Shown: one piece after another, positions 1 through 10,353 of the stretch
Layout of the letters: each line of letters begins with the position of its first letter
How positions within the stretch are numbered: the first letter of the stretch is position 1
From: Candidatus Nanopelagicales bacterium
Lineage (GTDB): Bacteria; Actinomycetota; Actinomycetes; S36-B12; UBA10799
Assembly (NCBI GenBank): GCA_037046735.1
Contig: JBAOHC010000027.1
Coordinates: forward strand, 268,307 to 332,306
DNA length: 64,000 nucleotides
Reading direction: 5' to 3'
Notes under the pieces: generated by a model
Databases searched by the model: none
What the model saw: the letters and a program-made list of their open reading frames with translations, nothing else
What the model was told of the DNA's origin: nothing
Made by a program: the position numbers and the translations under genes

Positions 1-542
1 CACGCGATGGTGAGCAGCACGTCGACAGTGGCGCGCACGCCCGGCGAGCCGTCCTCGTTCATGATCACCAGCGACGTGTCCTCGTCGCTGACGGGCCAAG
101 CGACGCTCACCTGCTGCCCGGTCTGCTGATCGGTCCAGATCGTCGAGGTGGTCGCCGGCTCGGGACGCCGGTCACCGGGGATGGGGGTGCTGGTGATGTC
201 CCCCGATTCACTGTCGAAGTTGGTGACAAGGTTGTAGGAGACACCCTGCAGGTACTCCAGGGTCTGGGCCTTGCTGGCCACGCCCACGAAGTGGGACTGC
301 TTACCGGACACCTGCAGGGCCAGGTCGAACCACGACTCATCCAGGGGGATGGGAGCGGAACTGCTGATCTGGAAGTCAGTGACGACTACCGCGCGGCCGG
401 TGTCCGAGGTGACCCGCCCGATCGGTATCGACGACTGACCGTCGGTCCCGAACAGCGCCAGCAGGGTTCCGCCCGCTCCCAAGACGGCCAGCCCGATCAG
501 TCCGAGCACAGCACCCAGAATCCCCAGAATCACTCTCTTCAC
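1..542 (-). CDS. hypothetical membrane-anchored protein (3' end outside window)
   Basis: Minus-strand frame is open from GTG (540-542) to the window edge. It is absent from the ORF track because it has no in-window stop. The N-terminus VKRVILGILGAVLGLIGLAVLGAGG is a TM/signal-anchor helix. GC3-rich. No family recognised. Confidence 0.45.
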   Translation of the reverse strand, partial: MKRVILGILGAVLGLIGLAVLGAGGTLLALFGTDGQSSIPIGRVTSDTGRAVVVTDFQISSSAPIPLDESWFDLALQVSGKQSHFVGVASKAQTLEYLQGVSYNLVTNFDSESGDITSTPIPGDRRPEPATTSTIWTDQQTGQQVSVAWPVSDEDTSLVIMNEDGSPGVRATVDVLLTIA

Positions 543-587
543 GCCTGCCACGCTAATGCACGTACCGCCAGGGGCCGGTCAGCGACG

Positions 588-1673
588 CTACCGATACGTG
601 GCATAGGTTCGCGCGGAGTACCCAGCATCGTTGACCGCGCGCACGAAGACCCTCTTGCCGTTGGGAAATGCGGTCAGATCTGCGTGCCCGCCGGTGAGAT
701 CCTGCCCGACCCACGCAGTCGTTCCGGAAAAGGTCGTGTATCCCACGTCGTACCGCACCCCCGGTATGGCGACCCAGTCCACGCTCGTTGCGGTGCGGGT
801 GACGGCCTGCGCAGGTGCGGGCGGACTGGGCAGCGCGATGGGCAACGTCTGCTGCACGAAACGGGAGTTGGCCACGTTGTGGCGGGGATTGCGCGCCAGC
901 CACGACCCCGGACGGGGCGCCACGGCGAAGTAGTCGTCGCCACCACAGTCAAGACGGTACGGGGCCTGCGGACTCACGCACATCTGCGCGTCGCGCCAGC
1001 TCGCCCCACCGTCGCGATAGCACATGACGTCGTAGGCATCCCAGCAGTGCCCTTTGCCTGTCGCGTGAGGCGCGCCGGCGTTCACGGCCCCGAGGGCATG
1101 CACCAGTTCGTGGGCGTCTACCCACACGAACCCGTAGGACGAGGTCCACGTCGCCGACCACCGATTGTCCCCAAGACCCGACCAGGTTGGGCTTGTGTAG
1201 GCGTCCACCCACAGGCTGTACACCCGGTCTGACCGACGGAAACGGGCATCCGTGCGGCTCAGGTAGGAGCGCAGGTTGACCAGGTTGTAGGTGTACTTCT
1301 GCGGGACCGCGACCTGCAGGAAGACGGGCTGACACGCGGCATCGTGCACCCAGCGCACCGCGCGCTGCCCCTCGGACGAGCGCTCGAAGATGCCGCTGGT
1401 CAGATAGGTGGAGCGCCGCAGCACCGTCCGGAACTTCTCGAATCGGTTGTTCTGCCCCGCCCGGTAGACGAAGACCGGCTGCACGCGGGGCCCGGAGACT
1501 CCGTTGCCGATGCAGCGCGGTGCCGCCAGGTTCCCAGAAGCTTCCCGCAGGAGGTGGTCGGCGTCGGTGGGCCCCTGCCGAGGGGTGATGTCCTTGGCGC
1601 TGGCCGGGCTGGTGATGGCCAGCGCCATGAGCAGCGCGACCACCACGCCGAAGCCCAGACCACGACCCGCCAT
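588..1673 (-). CDS. secreted zinc metalloprotease-like protein (HExxH) with C-terminal beta-sandwich-like domain
   Basis: 361-aa ORF. Signal peptide MAGRGLGFGVVVALLMALAITSPASA. HELVH zinc-binding motif. Several Cys pairs. Tail resembles an FN3/Ig-like domain. Confidence 0.6.
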   Translation of the reverse strand: MAGRGLGFGVVVALLMALAITSPASAKDITPRQGPTDADHLLREASGNLAAPRCIGNGVSGPRVQPVFVYRAGQNNRFEKFRTVLRRSTYLTSGIFERSSEGQRAVRWVHDAACQPVFLQVAVPQKYTYNLVNLRSYLSRTDARFRRSDRVYSLWVDAYTSPTWSGLGDNRWSATWTSSYGFVWVDAHELVHALGAVNAGAPHATGKGHCWDAYDVMCYRDGGASWRDAQMCVSPQAPYRLDCGGDDYFAVAPRPGSWLARNPRHNVANSRFVQQTLPIALPSPPAPAQAVTRTATSVDWVAIPGVRYDVGYTTFSGTTAWVGQDLTGGHADLTAFPNGKRVFVRAVNDAGYSARTYATYR

Positions 1674-1705
1674 ACCGCCAAGGTACCCGCTGACATACTT
1701 CGGCT

Positions 1706-2107
1706 ATGGAACCGCTGCGCAAACGACCCGGGGCTGCCACCCTGCTGGGAGTCCTCGCCTACCTCAGCGCCTTTGTGAATCTGATGAACGCCATCGCGAG
1801 CATCGTGCTGCTGTTTCGGCCCGGGCAGGTGCAGGAACTGTTCGGCGATGGCGTGAGCGATATCTACTGGGTGATCAGCGCCGCACTGTCCGGGTTCCTC
1901 TTCTTCGCCTACATCTGGCTGGCCAAGGGCGTCTTCGCCGGGCTGGAGTACGCCTGGACGGTCGTGAACCTGCTGGCGATCATCAACCTTATCTACGGCC
2001 TGTTCTACATCTTCCAGGGCACCGGGCTGATCACCGTGACGGTCAGCATCCTGGTGATCCTGCTGAACAACACGCGGAGAGTCCGTGAGTGGTACGGAAG
2101 CACCTGA
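1706..2107 (+). CDS. small integral membrane protein (about 4 TM), unknown function
   Basis: 133-aa ORF with four hydrophobic segments. Divergent from the protease gene. Confidence 0.5.
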   Translation: MEPLRKRPGAATLLGVLAYLSAFVNLMNAIASIVLLFRPGQVQELFGDGVSDIYWVISAALSGFLFFAYIWLAKGVFAGLEYAWTVVNLLAIINLIYGLFYIFQGTGLITVTVSILVILLNNTRRVREWYGST

Positions 2108-2768
2108 TGACACCCGCGGCGGTGTGCTCATCGAGGCCGTCACGATTGGACTGACGACCGGTGCCTACGCCATCTCGTTCGGCGCCCTGTCGATCACCTC
2201 CGGCTTGACGTTGTGGCAGACGGTCGCGCTCAGTGTGCTGATGTTCACCGGCGCATCGCAGTTCGCGCTGGTCTCGGTGCTCGCCGGTGGTGGGGCGGTG
2301 GGCCCTGCGGTCGCCAGCGCGGCACTGCTGGGCGTGCGCAACATGTTCTACGGAGCCCGCGTGGGGCAGATCCTGCGACCCTCACCAGCGATGGCCGTGC
2401 CCACGGCGCAATTGACCATCGATGAGTCGACGGCGATGGCACTGGCTCATTACGACCGGCCGGTGCCTCGGCCCGCCCTGGCCTTCTGGTCGACCGGGAT
2501 TAGCGTGTTCGTGCTGTGGAATCTGGGAACGCTGGCTGGCGCCTTGGGCGCCGGCGCCATCGGTGATCCGACCCGCTGGGGTCTCGACGCCGCCGTTCCG
2601 GCCGCCTTCCTGGCGCTGTTGTGGCCGCAGATCACTAGTCACCGACTGCTGGCGGTCGCCATCATCTCCGCGCTGATCGGCGTGGCGCTGACCCCCGTGC
2701 TCGCTCCCGGACTGCCGGTGCTCTGCGCGGCGCTGGTGCCCTTCCTGTTTCTGAGGAGAACCGCATGA
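2085..2768 (+). CDS. azlC: AzlC family branched-chain amino acid exporter subunit
   Basis: 227-aa polytopic ORF with AzlC-like sequence (FTGASQFALVSVLAGGG, NMFYGARV). Followed by an overlapping azlD-like gene. Start codon uncertain (GTG at 2085). Confidence 0.8.
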   Translation: MSGTEAPDDTRGGVLIEAVTIGLTTGAYAISFGALSITSGLTLWQTVALSVLMFTGASQFALVSVLAGGGAVGPAVASAALLGVRNMFYGARVGQILRPSPAMAVPTAQLTIDESTAMALAHYDRPVPRPALAFWSTGISVFVLWNLGTLAGALGAGAIGDPTRWGLDAAVPAAFLALLWPQITSHRLLAVAIISALIGVALTPVLAPGLPVLCAALVPFLFLRRTA

Positions 2769-3073
2769 TCTGGGTGGCGGTCCTCGCGGGATCAGCAGTG
2801 TGTTTTGCGCTGAAGGCATTGGGCTATGTGCTTCCCCGCAGTCTCTTGGAGAACCCGACCGTGGCCTTGTTGGTGGCCATGTTTCCCGTGGCCTTGCTGT
2901 CGGCGCTGCTGGCAGTCGTGACCGTCGGGGATGGGATGGCCATCGAGCTCGACGCAAGGGTCGCTGCGGTGGCTGCTGCGGCCGTCGCCTTGACGCTGCG
3001 GGCACCGTTCCTCGTGGTGGTGCTGGTTGGCGCCCTGACCGCAGCGGTGCTGCGGGCGTTCGGGCTCGGCTGA
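2765..3073 (+). CDS. azlD: AzlD family branched-chain amino acid transport protein
   Basis: 102-aa hydrophobic ORF. ATGA overlap with azlC is the typical azlCD arrangement. Confidence 0.75.
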   Translation: MIWVAVLAGSAVCFALKALGYVLPRSLLENPTVALLVAMFPVALLSALLAVVTVGDGMAIELDARVAAVAAAAVALTLRAPFLVVVLVGALTAAVLRAFGLG

Positions 3074-3157
3074 CAAGCCTCGCGGTCTTCGTTCAGGATC
3101 GCCCCATCGGCAGCGGCGCAACTGCACGGAAACGGGGCGAGCCTGCGCGAGGGGCCC

Positions 3158-4210
3158 CTACTCGCCCTTCTTGATGTCCTTCTTCTTCGCCTCGAAGCCG
3201 GGAATCGTCCCCGCGTGGGCAATGGCAGACGGGTCCTTGCGCACCTTGATCAGCGAAGCCACCGTGGTGATCATCAGCACGGTGATGATGAATCCGAGCG
3301 AAACCCAGATATCGATGTGGATGTCGAAGAACACCAGGATCAGCTTGACCCCGATGAAGGCGAGGATGACGGCCAAACCCACGGACAGGTACACCAGCCG
3401 GTCGAGCAGGCCCGCGACCAGGAAGTACAGAGCGCGCAGACCCAACAGCGCGAACGCGTTGGCGGCGAACACGATGAATGGCTCGTTCGTCACGCCGTAC
3501 ACCGCTGGGATCGAGTCCAGGGCGAAGATGATGTCGGTGGCGAAGATCGCGATCATCACCAGCAACAACGGCGTGCCGAACAGTTTGCCGTTGATCCGGG
3601 TGTGCAGGTGTGGACCGTCGTACTCGTCGGTGAACGGCAGGAACCGCTTGGCGAGTTTGACGACCTTGCCCTCGTTGAACTCGGGGTCCTCATTGCGGTG
3701 CCGAGCCAGGCTGATCGCGGTGTAGATCAGGAACGCGCCGAAGATGACGTAGGTGAACGCGAAGGATTCCAGGGCAGCGGCACCGATGAAGATGAAGATC
3801 GTGCGCAGGACCAAGGCACCGGCGATGCCGGCCATCAGGACCTTCTGCTGGTAGATCTTCGGCACGGCAAAGGTGGTCATGATGATGACGAACACGAACA
3901 GGTTGTCGACCGAAAGGCTCTTCTCGATCAGCCAGCCCGCGAAGTACTCCAAGCCGTAGGAACTGCCCTCCGGTGTCGGCTGACCACTGCTCCACCATGC
4001 GAAGAAGACGCCGTAGGCAATCGCGATGCCCACGTAGATGACCGATTGGACTGCTGCTTCCTTGATCTGCACCTCGTGGGGGTTACGAGTGGCCTGAATG
4101 AATTCGAAGGTGATCAGCACGACGACGATGCCCACGGTCAACGCCCACAACCAGAGGGGGACGTCCAGAGTGGGCGCGCCGCCGGCGGCTGTCGCAGCGG
4201 GGAGCATCAT
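3158..4210 (-). CDS. TerC family integral membrane protein
   Basis: 350-aa ORF with the TerC hallmark LEYFAGWLIEKSLSVDNLFVFVIIM and multiple TM helices. Confidence 0.85.
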   Translation of the reverse strand: MMLPAATAAGGAPTLDVPLWLWALTVGIVVVLITFEFIQATRNPHEVQIKEAAVQSVIYVGIAIAYGVFFAWWSSGQPTPEGSSYGLEYFAGWLIEKSLSVDNLFVFVIIMTTFAVPKIYQQKVLMAGIAGALVLRTIFIFIGAAALESFAFTYVIFGAFLIYTAISLARHRNEDPEFNEGKVVKLAKRFLPFTDEYDGPHLHTRINGKLFGTPLLLVMIAIFATDIIFALDSIPAVYGVTNEPFIVFAANAFALLGLRALYFLVAGLLDRLVYLSVGLAVILAFIGVKLILVFFDIHIDIWVSLGFIITVLMITTVASLIKVRKDPSAIAHAGTIPGFEAKKKDIKKGE

Positions 4211-4266
4211 TTGTCCAGTTTGTCAGATGAAGGCAGCACTGCAATTCCTCGGTCCGGCAGGGCACA

Positions 4267-5581
4267 ATGAACTCTGTGTCTGCCGAGTTCGCCATCCGCG
4301 TCGAAGCCGGAATCGACGGCGACATGCTCGACTTCCCATGGGACACCCATCTTGAGGACTGGCCCGAAGCCCTCTTCATTCCCTTGCCACGCGGCATCTC
4401 GCGCCACGTCGTACGGTTCGTGCAGGTGGGCGAATCCATCATGGCCGTCAAGGAGACCAACGACGAGGTCGCCGAGCGGGAGTTCCGGCTGTTGCGCGAC
4501 CTCGAAGAACTCGAGGTCCCATCCGTGCACGGGATCGGGGTCGTCACCGGACGCCGCACGCCCGGACGGCGATCGGCTGCCCGGGGCGCTGATCACCGAA
4601 CACCTCACCTGGTCGATGCCCTACCGCAACATCTACGCCCGCCGCATGCAGCCCGACACCGTTGACCGTCTGCTCGATGCATTGGTCCTGCTGTTGGCCA
4701 GGTTGCATCTGGTCGGATTCGCCTGGAATGACTGTTCCCTGTCGAACGTGCTGTTCCGCCGCGACGCTGACGCGTTCGCCGCGTGGCTCGTTGACGCCGA
4801 GACGGGGGAACTGCACCCGCAGCTGTCGAGCGGGCAACGCGAGAACGACATTGACATCGCCTTCACCAACATCGCCGGCGGCTTGCTCGACCTGCAGTCG
4901 GGCGGGCGGTTGCCCGCCGATCTGGACCCGATTGCGATCGCCGAGGAGGTGCCCCGCCGCTACGCCCAGTTGTGGGACGAGCTGACCGGGGCCGAACACA
5001 TCTCCGGCACCGAGCGCTGGCGGATCGCCCGGCGCGTCGAACGGCTCAACGGCCTCGGCTTTGACGTGGCCGAACTCGACCTGCGGGCCAAGGCCGACGG
5101 CCTGGTGCGTATCCAGCCGAAAGTGGTCGACCCCGGTTACCATTCCGGAAGGCTGCTGCGACTCGTGGGCCTCGACGTCGGTGAGAATCAGGCCCGCCGT
5201 CTGCTGAACGACCTGGATCAGTACACGGCGACCAACCGAGCGGCCTCTCCCGTCCGGGCACGCCGCAGTGAGGCCAACGCGCGCGAGGACCTGCTGGCCG
5301 CCCACCGCTGGATGACGGATGTGTACGAACCGGTGATCAGGGCCGTGCCGGACGAACTGCGATCAAAGCTCGAGGATGCGCAGATCTTCCACGAGGTGCT
5401 CGAGCACCGCTGGTACCTCTGCGAGCGCGCCGGGTACGACATCGGTCTGCAGGAGGCCGTCGACGACTACGTGACCAGCGTGTTACAGGCCAAACCCAAC
5501 GAGGAGAAACTGCTCACCCTGAATCCCGACGAGACCGGTCTGATTGAACTCGACGCGCTGGGATTCGACTCAGAGCACTGA
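4267..5581 (+). CDS. DUF4032 / lipopolysaccharide-kinase-like protein, interrupted by a 1-nt frame change near 4555-4570
   Basis: The N-terminal part (ORF 4267..4665, LPRGISRHVVRFV, AVKETNDEVAEREFRLLRDLEE, GVVTGR) continues in ORF 4352..5581 (ALITEHLTWSMPYRN, then the DUF4032-like C-terminus). The two frames join at cgcacgcccggacggc. Confidence 0.75.
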
Positions 5582-7093
5582 GGCCCGGATATCTGCCAGT
5601 TCAGCCAGCACGTAGTCCAGCAGCAGGTCGGGGTTGGGCAGCAGACCCGCATCCGTGGCGAACCCGAGGGTCACCGCACCGTTGTAGGAGAAGATCGTGG
5701 CCGTCATCGGCTGATCGCCGGAGCATGGCGCGAATCCGACGACCTGCTCGACGTCGATACCGGCGTAGCGCAGCAGACCGGTCGGACCAGGCACGTTGGT
5801 CAGCACGCCCACGGCCTTATTGGCGAAGAAGTTCGTGAGGAAGAACGCGACCTGCCCGGGCGACATCGACACGATGCGCTGCAGGCCGAACGTCAGCACG
5901 GCCTCGTCGCTGTTCTTGATGCGCTGCATCCGCTGATGCATCATCTCGACTCTGGTGGGCGCATCATCGGCTTGCAGCGGCATCGGCAGGAACACCAAGG
6001 CGAAGTAGTTGCCCAGATCGGGCGGCAGGTTGTCTTCGAACGGCTTGAGGTTGACGGGCACCATCCAGGTGACCTCGGAGAGGTTAGCGCTGTGCTCAGC
6101 GAGGTAACGCTCCAGCCCCGCGGAGATGCTGGCCAGCAGCACATCGTTGAGGGTGGCGCCCAACGCCCTGCCGATCGCTTTGATGTCCTCCAACGGGATC
6201 GGCTCGGACCACGCCAGCGCTTTCGCTGATCCCGGCTTCCCGCTCCACACCGTCTCATCGGTGGATGTGAGCGCGAGTTTGGTCACCGACGAGAGGTCGT
6301 TGAGACTGCGATGCTGCTCGGCGCCGAGCACCTCGAGAGCGTCGAGCAGGCGGTCGGGGTGACGGACCAGGGACAGGCCCTCCTCCACGCCATGCACGCC
6401 CGCCTTGGCCACGTCGACTGCTCGGCCGGGCAGGTGCGCCAGGGCCGCGAACGGGTTGCGGATAGCGTGGGCGGCCGAAGTGGCCATCTCCTCGACACCG
6501 TGTTCGACGACGTGAGCGACCTCCTCCGCGGCATGTACGGCGACCCGTCCGAACTCTTCGGGGCCGCTGGGCACATCGCTGCCCTGCACTCCCTTGCGTG
6601 CCACCACGGCGGCCACGCTGGCATCGTCGCTGTCGCACAATCCAAGAATGAGTTGCGTCAGCCGCACGCCGTCGGCAATGGAGTGGTGGAACCGGGTCAT
6701 CATGGCTGATCCCTCGGTGCCGTCGGGCAGGGTCAGCGGGGTCAGCAGGTAGCCGACCCACAGCGGCCGGTCCTTGTCCAGTGGGATCGCGCGCTGCTCG
6801 GCCATGAAGGCCTTCAAGTCGTCGAGGGTGCTGCCCGGTGGCATCTCGACCACCGTGATGTGGCGGTCGACGTCGAAGTGCGGATCGTCCTCCCAGGCCC
6901 AGCCCATCCCGGACTTGACCGCCCGCCGACCCAGCACCGGGAACCGCTTCACCGCCTGCACGTAGATGTCGCGCACATCCTCGAGCGCCGGCGTGCCACG
7001 CAGAACCATGGATCCGTCGACGACCATCAAGTTGTTCGGACGGTCCATCGTCAACCACAGCGCGTCCTGCACGCTCATCGAGGCGGTGGTCAT
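5570..7093 (-). CDS. wax ester synthase/diacylglycerol acyltransferase (WS/DGAT) family O-acyltransferase
   Basis: HHSIADG active-site motif and WS/DGAT-like N- and C-terminal domains. I prefer ATG 7093 because it is preceded by AAGGAG. The track ORF extends to GTG 7108. Confidence 0.85.
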   Translation of the reverse strand: MTTASMSVQDALWLTMDRPNNLMVVDGSMVLRGTPALEDVRDIYVQAVKRFPVLGRRAVKSGMGWAWEDDPHFDVDRHITVVEMPPGSTLDDLKAFMAEQRAIPLDKDRPLWVGYLLTPLTLPDGTEGSAMMTRFHHSIADGVRLTQLILGLCDSDDASVAAVVARKGVQGSDVPSGPEEFGRVAVHAAEEVAHVVEHGVEEMATSAAHAIRNPFAALAHLPGRAVDVAKAGVHGVEEGLSLVRHPDRLLDALEVLGAEQHRSLNDLSSVTKLALTSTDETVWSGKPGSAKALAWSEPIPLEDIKAIGRALGATLNDVLLASISAGLERYLAEHSANLSEVTWMVPVNLKPFEDNLPPDLGNYFALVFLPMPLQADDAPTRVEMMHQRMQRIKNSDEAVLTFGLQRIVSMSPGQVAFFLTNFFANKAVGVLTNVPGPTGLLRYAGIDVEQVVGFAPCSGDQPMTATIFSYNGAVTLGFATDAGLLPNPDLLLDYVLAELADIRASVL

Positions 7094-7156
7094 GTGTCGC
7101 TCCTTCACAAGTCCCTGGTGCTCAATCTACGCCGCTGGCGGGACCCGTTGGGTCGG

Positions 7157-8530
7157 TTAGGCAGAGCCCACCGTGGGCCAACCCACGGATTCTTCAAGGC
7201 TGGCAGCGAGGTCGAGCAGAAGTTGCTCCTGACCCGCCTGGGCGGCGAAGTGCATGCCGATCGGCAGCCCCGCCTTCGAGCGCGCCAGCGGCAGACTGAT
7301 CCCCGGGGCACCGGAGACGTTCTGCAGTGCCGTGAAGGACGCGAAACGCAGCAGTCGCAGCAGATGCTCGCGCGGGTCGACCTCCGGCCCAAGGTAACCG
7401 ATCCGCGGCGGCGGGGTCGCCAGCGTCGGGGAGAGCAGCAGGTCGAACGGGCCGAACGAGTCCGCGTAGACCTGGCCGAAGCGGCGCAGACGCCGGATCG
7501 AGCCGGGGATCCCGACGGCCACCCCTGAGAAGAATTTGGCCAGGTGCCGGCCGAAGGGCTCCATCCGCTGGGCCTGGAAGTCCTTGCCGTAGACCTGCGT
7601 GCCAAGGCGGTACAGCGAAAAGGCCAGCATGGCCCAGTACCGCAGGAAGTCCTGGGCGATCTGGTCGCCGAAGGGGTTCTCGATGGGCTCAACGGTGTGA
7701 CCGAGTGCTTCGCAGGCGCGACCGGTCGTCTCCAGTGCACTGATCACCTCGGGATCGACCGGCAGGCCGTTTATGCCTTTTGTGATCAGGCCGATCCGCA
7801 GCGGTCCAGGATCGGAGGTGGCACCGATCGGGGGTAGGTCCGTGGGATGGATCTTGGCTATCTCGGTATAGAACTCGACCGTGTCCCGAACGGTGCGGGT
7901 GACCACCCCCTGGGTGACGATCTTGACCGGCATCTGATCCATCGCCTCCGGGGCCACCAGCCGGCCACGCGACGGGGCGAGACCCACAAGACCGCAGCAC
8001 GATGCGGGAATCCGGATAGATCCGCCGCCGTCGTTGGCGTGCGCGATGGGCACGACGCCCGCAGCGACCAATGCCGCTGACCCACCCGAGGAGCCTCCGG
8101 TGCTGTGGTCCAGGCCCCAGGGATTTCGGGTGGCCCCGGTCAGCAGGCACTCAGTGGTCGCCGTCAGTCCGAACTCCGGCAACGTGGTCTTGCCCAGCGT
8201 CTCGAAGCCCAGCTCGCGCCACTGCGACACCCAGCGGGAATCGTCGGGGACTCCCTTGTCGGGGGTGGCACGTGATCCATAACGCGTCGGGTACCCGGCG
8301 ATGTTCTCGTTGTCCTTGATGAAGGTGGGGATCCCGGCGTAGGGCCCAGCGAGATTCTGCGGACTTTCCAGCCAGGTGACGACAGCGTTGAGCAGATGAG
8401 CGTCCTGGGCACGGGCAAGGGCGGCATCGCGCAGTTCCTGGGCGCTCACAGCGCCTGTGGCAAGGGCCTGCCGTAGCGCTGTGGTGTCGTGGGTGCCAAG
8501 AGCGTCGTCGCGGAAGGTCGATACCTGCAT
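7157..8530 (-). CDS. amidase (amidase-signature family)
   Basis: [14 protein letters not shown] signature. About 457 aa from ATG 8530. An alternative GTG start lies at 8578. Confidence 0.85.
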   Translation of the reverse strand: MQVSTFRDDALGTHDTTALRQALATGAVSAQELRDAALARAQDAHLLNAVVTWLESPQNLAGPYAGIPTFIKDNENIAGYPTRYGSRATPDKGVPDDSRWVSQWRELGFETLGKTTLPEFGLTATTECLLTGATRNPWGLDHSTGGSSGGSAALVAAGVVPIAHANDGGGSIRIPASCCGLVGLAPSRGRLVAPEAMDQMPVKIVTQGVVTRTVRDTVEFYTEIAKIHPTDLPPIGATSDPGPLRIGLITKGINGLPVDPEVISALETTGRACEALGHTVEPIENPFGDQIAQDFLRYWAMLAFSLYRLGTQVYGKDFQAQRMEPFGRHLAKFFSGVAVGIPGSIRRLRRFGQVYADSFGPFDLLLSPTLATPPPRIGYLGPEVDPREHLLRLLRFASFTALQNVSGAPGISLPLARSKAGLPIGMHFAAQAGQEQLLLDLAASLEESVGWPTVGSA

Positions 8531-8587
8531 GGCCTTGATCCTAGGGGCACAGCGGTGCCGGTCGGCGAATGCCGACACATCGCCGGA

Positions 8588-9001
8588 TCACTCGTTGATG
8601 GCCTCCACACCAGCCGCCTTGAGCTCCGCGACTCGATCCCGCATGTGCTGCAGTACATCCGGGGGGTGCCCTTCCCAGTCGAGCACCTCCTCGACCACCC
8701 GGATCGGCTCGGTCGTGCGGTACGAACGGGTCGGGTTGCCTGGAAACTTCTTGTCCGTGAGATTTGGGTCATTCTCCAGTGGACCCGTGGGCTCGACCCG
8801 ATAGATCCGGCCAGGGCCCTCACCGAGGGCCAACTCAGCACCCCACACCGCCGCGTCCATCGTCGCGGTGAGGTACACGAAGTTGGCGGTCAGGCCAGCC
8901 CCGAAGTTCGACCGTCGGCCCGGCTCCAGCAGGTCCCCGGGAAGCAGATCTGCCTTGGTGCCGTGGAAGTAGGGTCCATGATCGTTGACCGGCTGCGTCA
9001 T
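8588..9001 (-). CDS. arr: NAD(+)-rifampin ADP-ribosyltransferase
   Basis: 137 aa. Matches Arr along its full length as I recall it from M. smegmatis: GPYFHGTKADL, AVWGAELA, YRVEPTGPLENDPNLTDKKFPGNPTRSYRT, DWEGHP. Confidence 0.85.
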   Translation of the reverse strand: MTQPVNDHGPYFHGTKADLLPGDLLEPGRRSNFGAGLTANFVYLTATMDAAVWGAELALGEGPGRIYRVEPTGPLENDPNLTDKKFPGNPTRSYRTTEPIRVVEEVLDWEGHPPDVLQHMRDRVAELKAAGVEAINE

Positions 9002-9086
9002 ATGGGCTCCTTTCTGGTGCGAGGTAGTGTCTCACTGGCGGATGCCATGGCGAAAGACCCGCTGTACGTGTCGGCCTGGCGGCGTG

Positions 9087-10316
9087 TCAGCCGTTGCTGA
9101 TGATGCCCAGACACATCTCATCGGAGGTGCCCTCTCCCCACAGCACGTAGCGGGGTGGGCTGTTCTGCAAGGCGGGCAACTGCGAGCGCAGCCCCGGATC
9201 GTGTCGGCAACGGACCCGCAACACGTCGCCCGCCCGCGCCTTCACCGGCTCTGGCAGCGGGACAGCCGCTTGCTGGTCGAAATCCCAGTTCTCGATGTCG
9301 AGCAGCACCTGCTGCTGGTTGGTGCCCGGGTTCAAGGTGACCGTGATCTCCCGGCCCAGCAGGTGCATGTGCCCGGCGACCGCGAAGATCCGCATGTCGG
9401 CTGGGACCCGCCGGTCACAGACCTGCACGTCACCGCTGCGCGGGGCATCGGGATCGCCACCGCACAGCATCTGCAGGCCCGCGATGGTCGCGCCCGATCC
9501 GGCGCCGAAGCGGGAGACCACGTCGTCCAGCGCGTAGGTACGGTCGCACAATGGCCCGGACTCCCTCGGCGCGCAGGGCAACTCCACGGGTGCGGGCAAG
9601 AGCATCGTCGACAACGGCCGCAGTCCCGCGCGGTCGGTCACTCGCAACCTCACCTGGGTGGAGTCGCTGCCGGAAGTGCTGGCCAAGTTGTAGTGCATCT
9701 GGATCACGAGGGCACTGCCCGCCGGCAGCGGGGTGCCATAACCGGCTGGAGACTGGGTCGGCTTGCCACCTGGCGCCCAGGCCGTGACCCAGTCCGACTG
9801 GTCCAGACCAGATAGCGCGTCACCGCGAGAAGGCAGTCGCGAACCTCCGAAACACTCATACCCCGGACCCTCATCCTCAGCGTCCAACGCCCGCGCAGCC
9901 GCCACCTGTTCGGGCAGAGCCGCGTACAGGATGCCGTGGTGCACGATGGCCGGATTGCCGGGGACGAACTCGGTGCCCGTGATGGACACGTCGGTCTTCA
10001 GTTCGGGTTCGACGACGAAGCAGCGATACTCGTCCGTTGCGCCGGTTGGCGCCTCCGGACGGAAATTGGCCGGAACAGCCACGGTGACGATCTCTTCGCC
10101 TTTGCGGGCGACCAACGTCGCGCCCGGTGCCGTCGTTGAGTGGGTGCCGTGCGCCGACGGCGAGTCATCGGCCATCCCGGTGCTCGCCTCGTCGTGATCG
10201 TGGCTGCTGCACGCGGCAAGCATCAGCGCACCGGCCAGCAGGATGATCAGGCGTCGCACTCCCCCAGGATAAGCCCGCGCCTGGGATCGTGATCGGCGTC
10301 GCTGTTGCGCGAGCAT
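9087..10316 (-). CDS. lipoprotein with copper type II ascorbate-dependent monooxygenase-like (PHM/DBH) domains
   Basis: Lipobox LMLAAC after a basic N-terminus. HH pair (AIVHHGILY). F-x4-H-x-H-x2-G (IFAVAGHMHLLG). TSDEMC near the C-terminus. These match the CuH/CuM ligand signatures. Confidence 0.6.
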   Translation of the reverse strand: MLAQQRRRSRSQARAYPGGVRRLIILLAGALMLAACSSHDHDEASTGMADDSPSAHGTHSTTAPGATLVARKGEEIVTVAVPANFRPEAPTGATDEYRCFVVEPELKTDVSITGTEFVPGNPAIVHHGILYAALPEQVAAARALDAEDEGPGYECFGGSRLPSRGDALSGLDQSDWVTAWAPGGKPTQSPAGYGTPLPAGSALVIQMHYNLASTSGSDSTQVRLRVTDRAGLRPLSTMLLPAPVELPCAPRESGPLCDRTYALDDVVSRFGAGSGATIAGLQMLCGGDPDAPRSGDVQVCDRRVPADMRIFAVAGHMHLLGREITVTLNPGTNQQQVLLDIENWDFDQQAAVPLPEPVKARAGDVLRVRCRHDPGLRSQLPALQNSPPRYVLWGEGTSDEMCLGIISNG

Positions 10317-10353
10317 TCAGCGGTTCACGGCAACACCACGGGGTAGAGGGCTA

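Noticed and set aside
291-1740. Long ORFs overlapping the metalloprotease gene in other frames or strands (291..1232, 949..1740). The same kind of ORF occurs throughout the track, e.g. 3215..4270, 19264..20202, 26532..27377, 27645..29009, 33164..33985, 59871..60734.
   Set aside because: Their translations are Arg/Pro/Gly-rich and low in complexity, they carry no motifs, and they overlap convincingly homologous genes. These are the shadow ORFs expected in high-GC DNA.
4211-4266. yybP-ykoY (Mn) riboswitch upstream of the TerC gene.
   Set aside because: The intergenic space to the divergent DUF4032 gene is only 56 nt, too short for that RNA.
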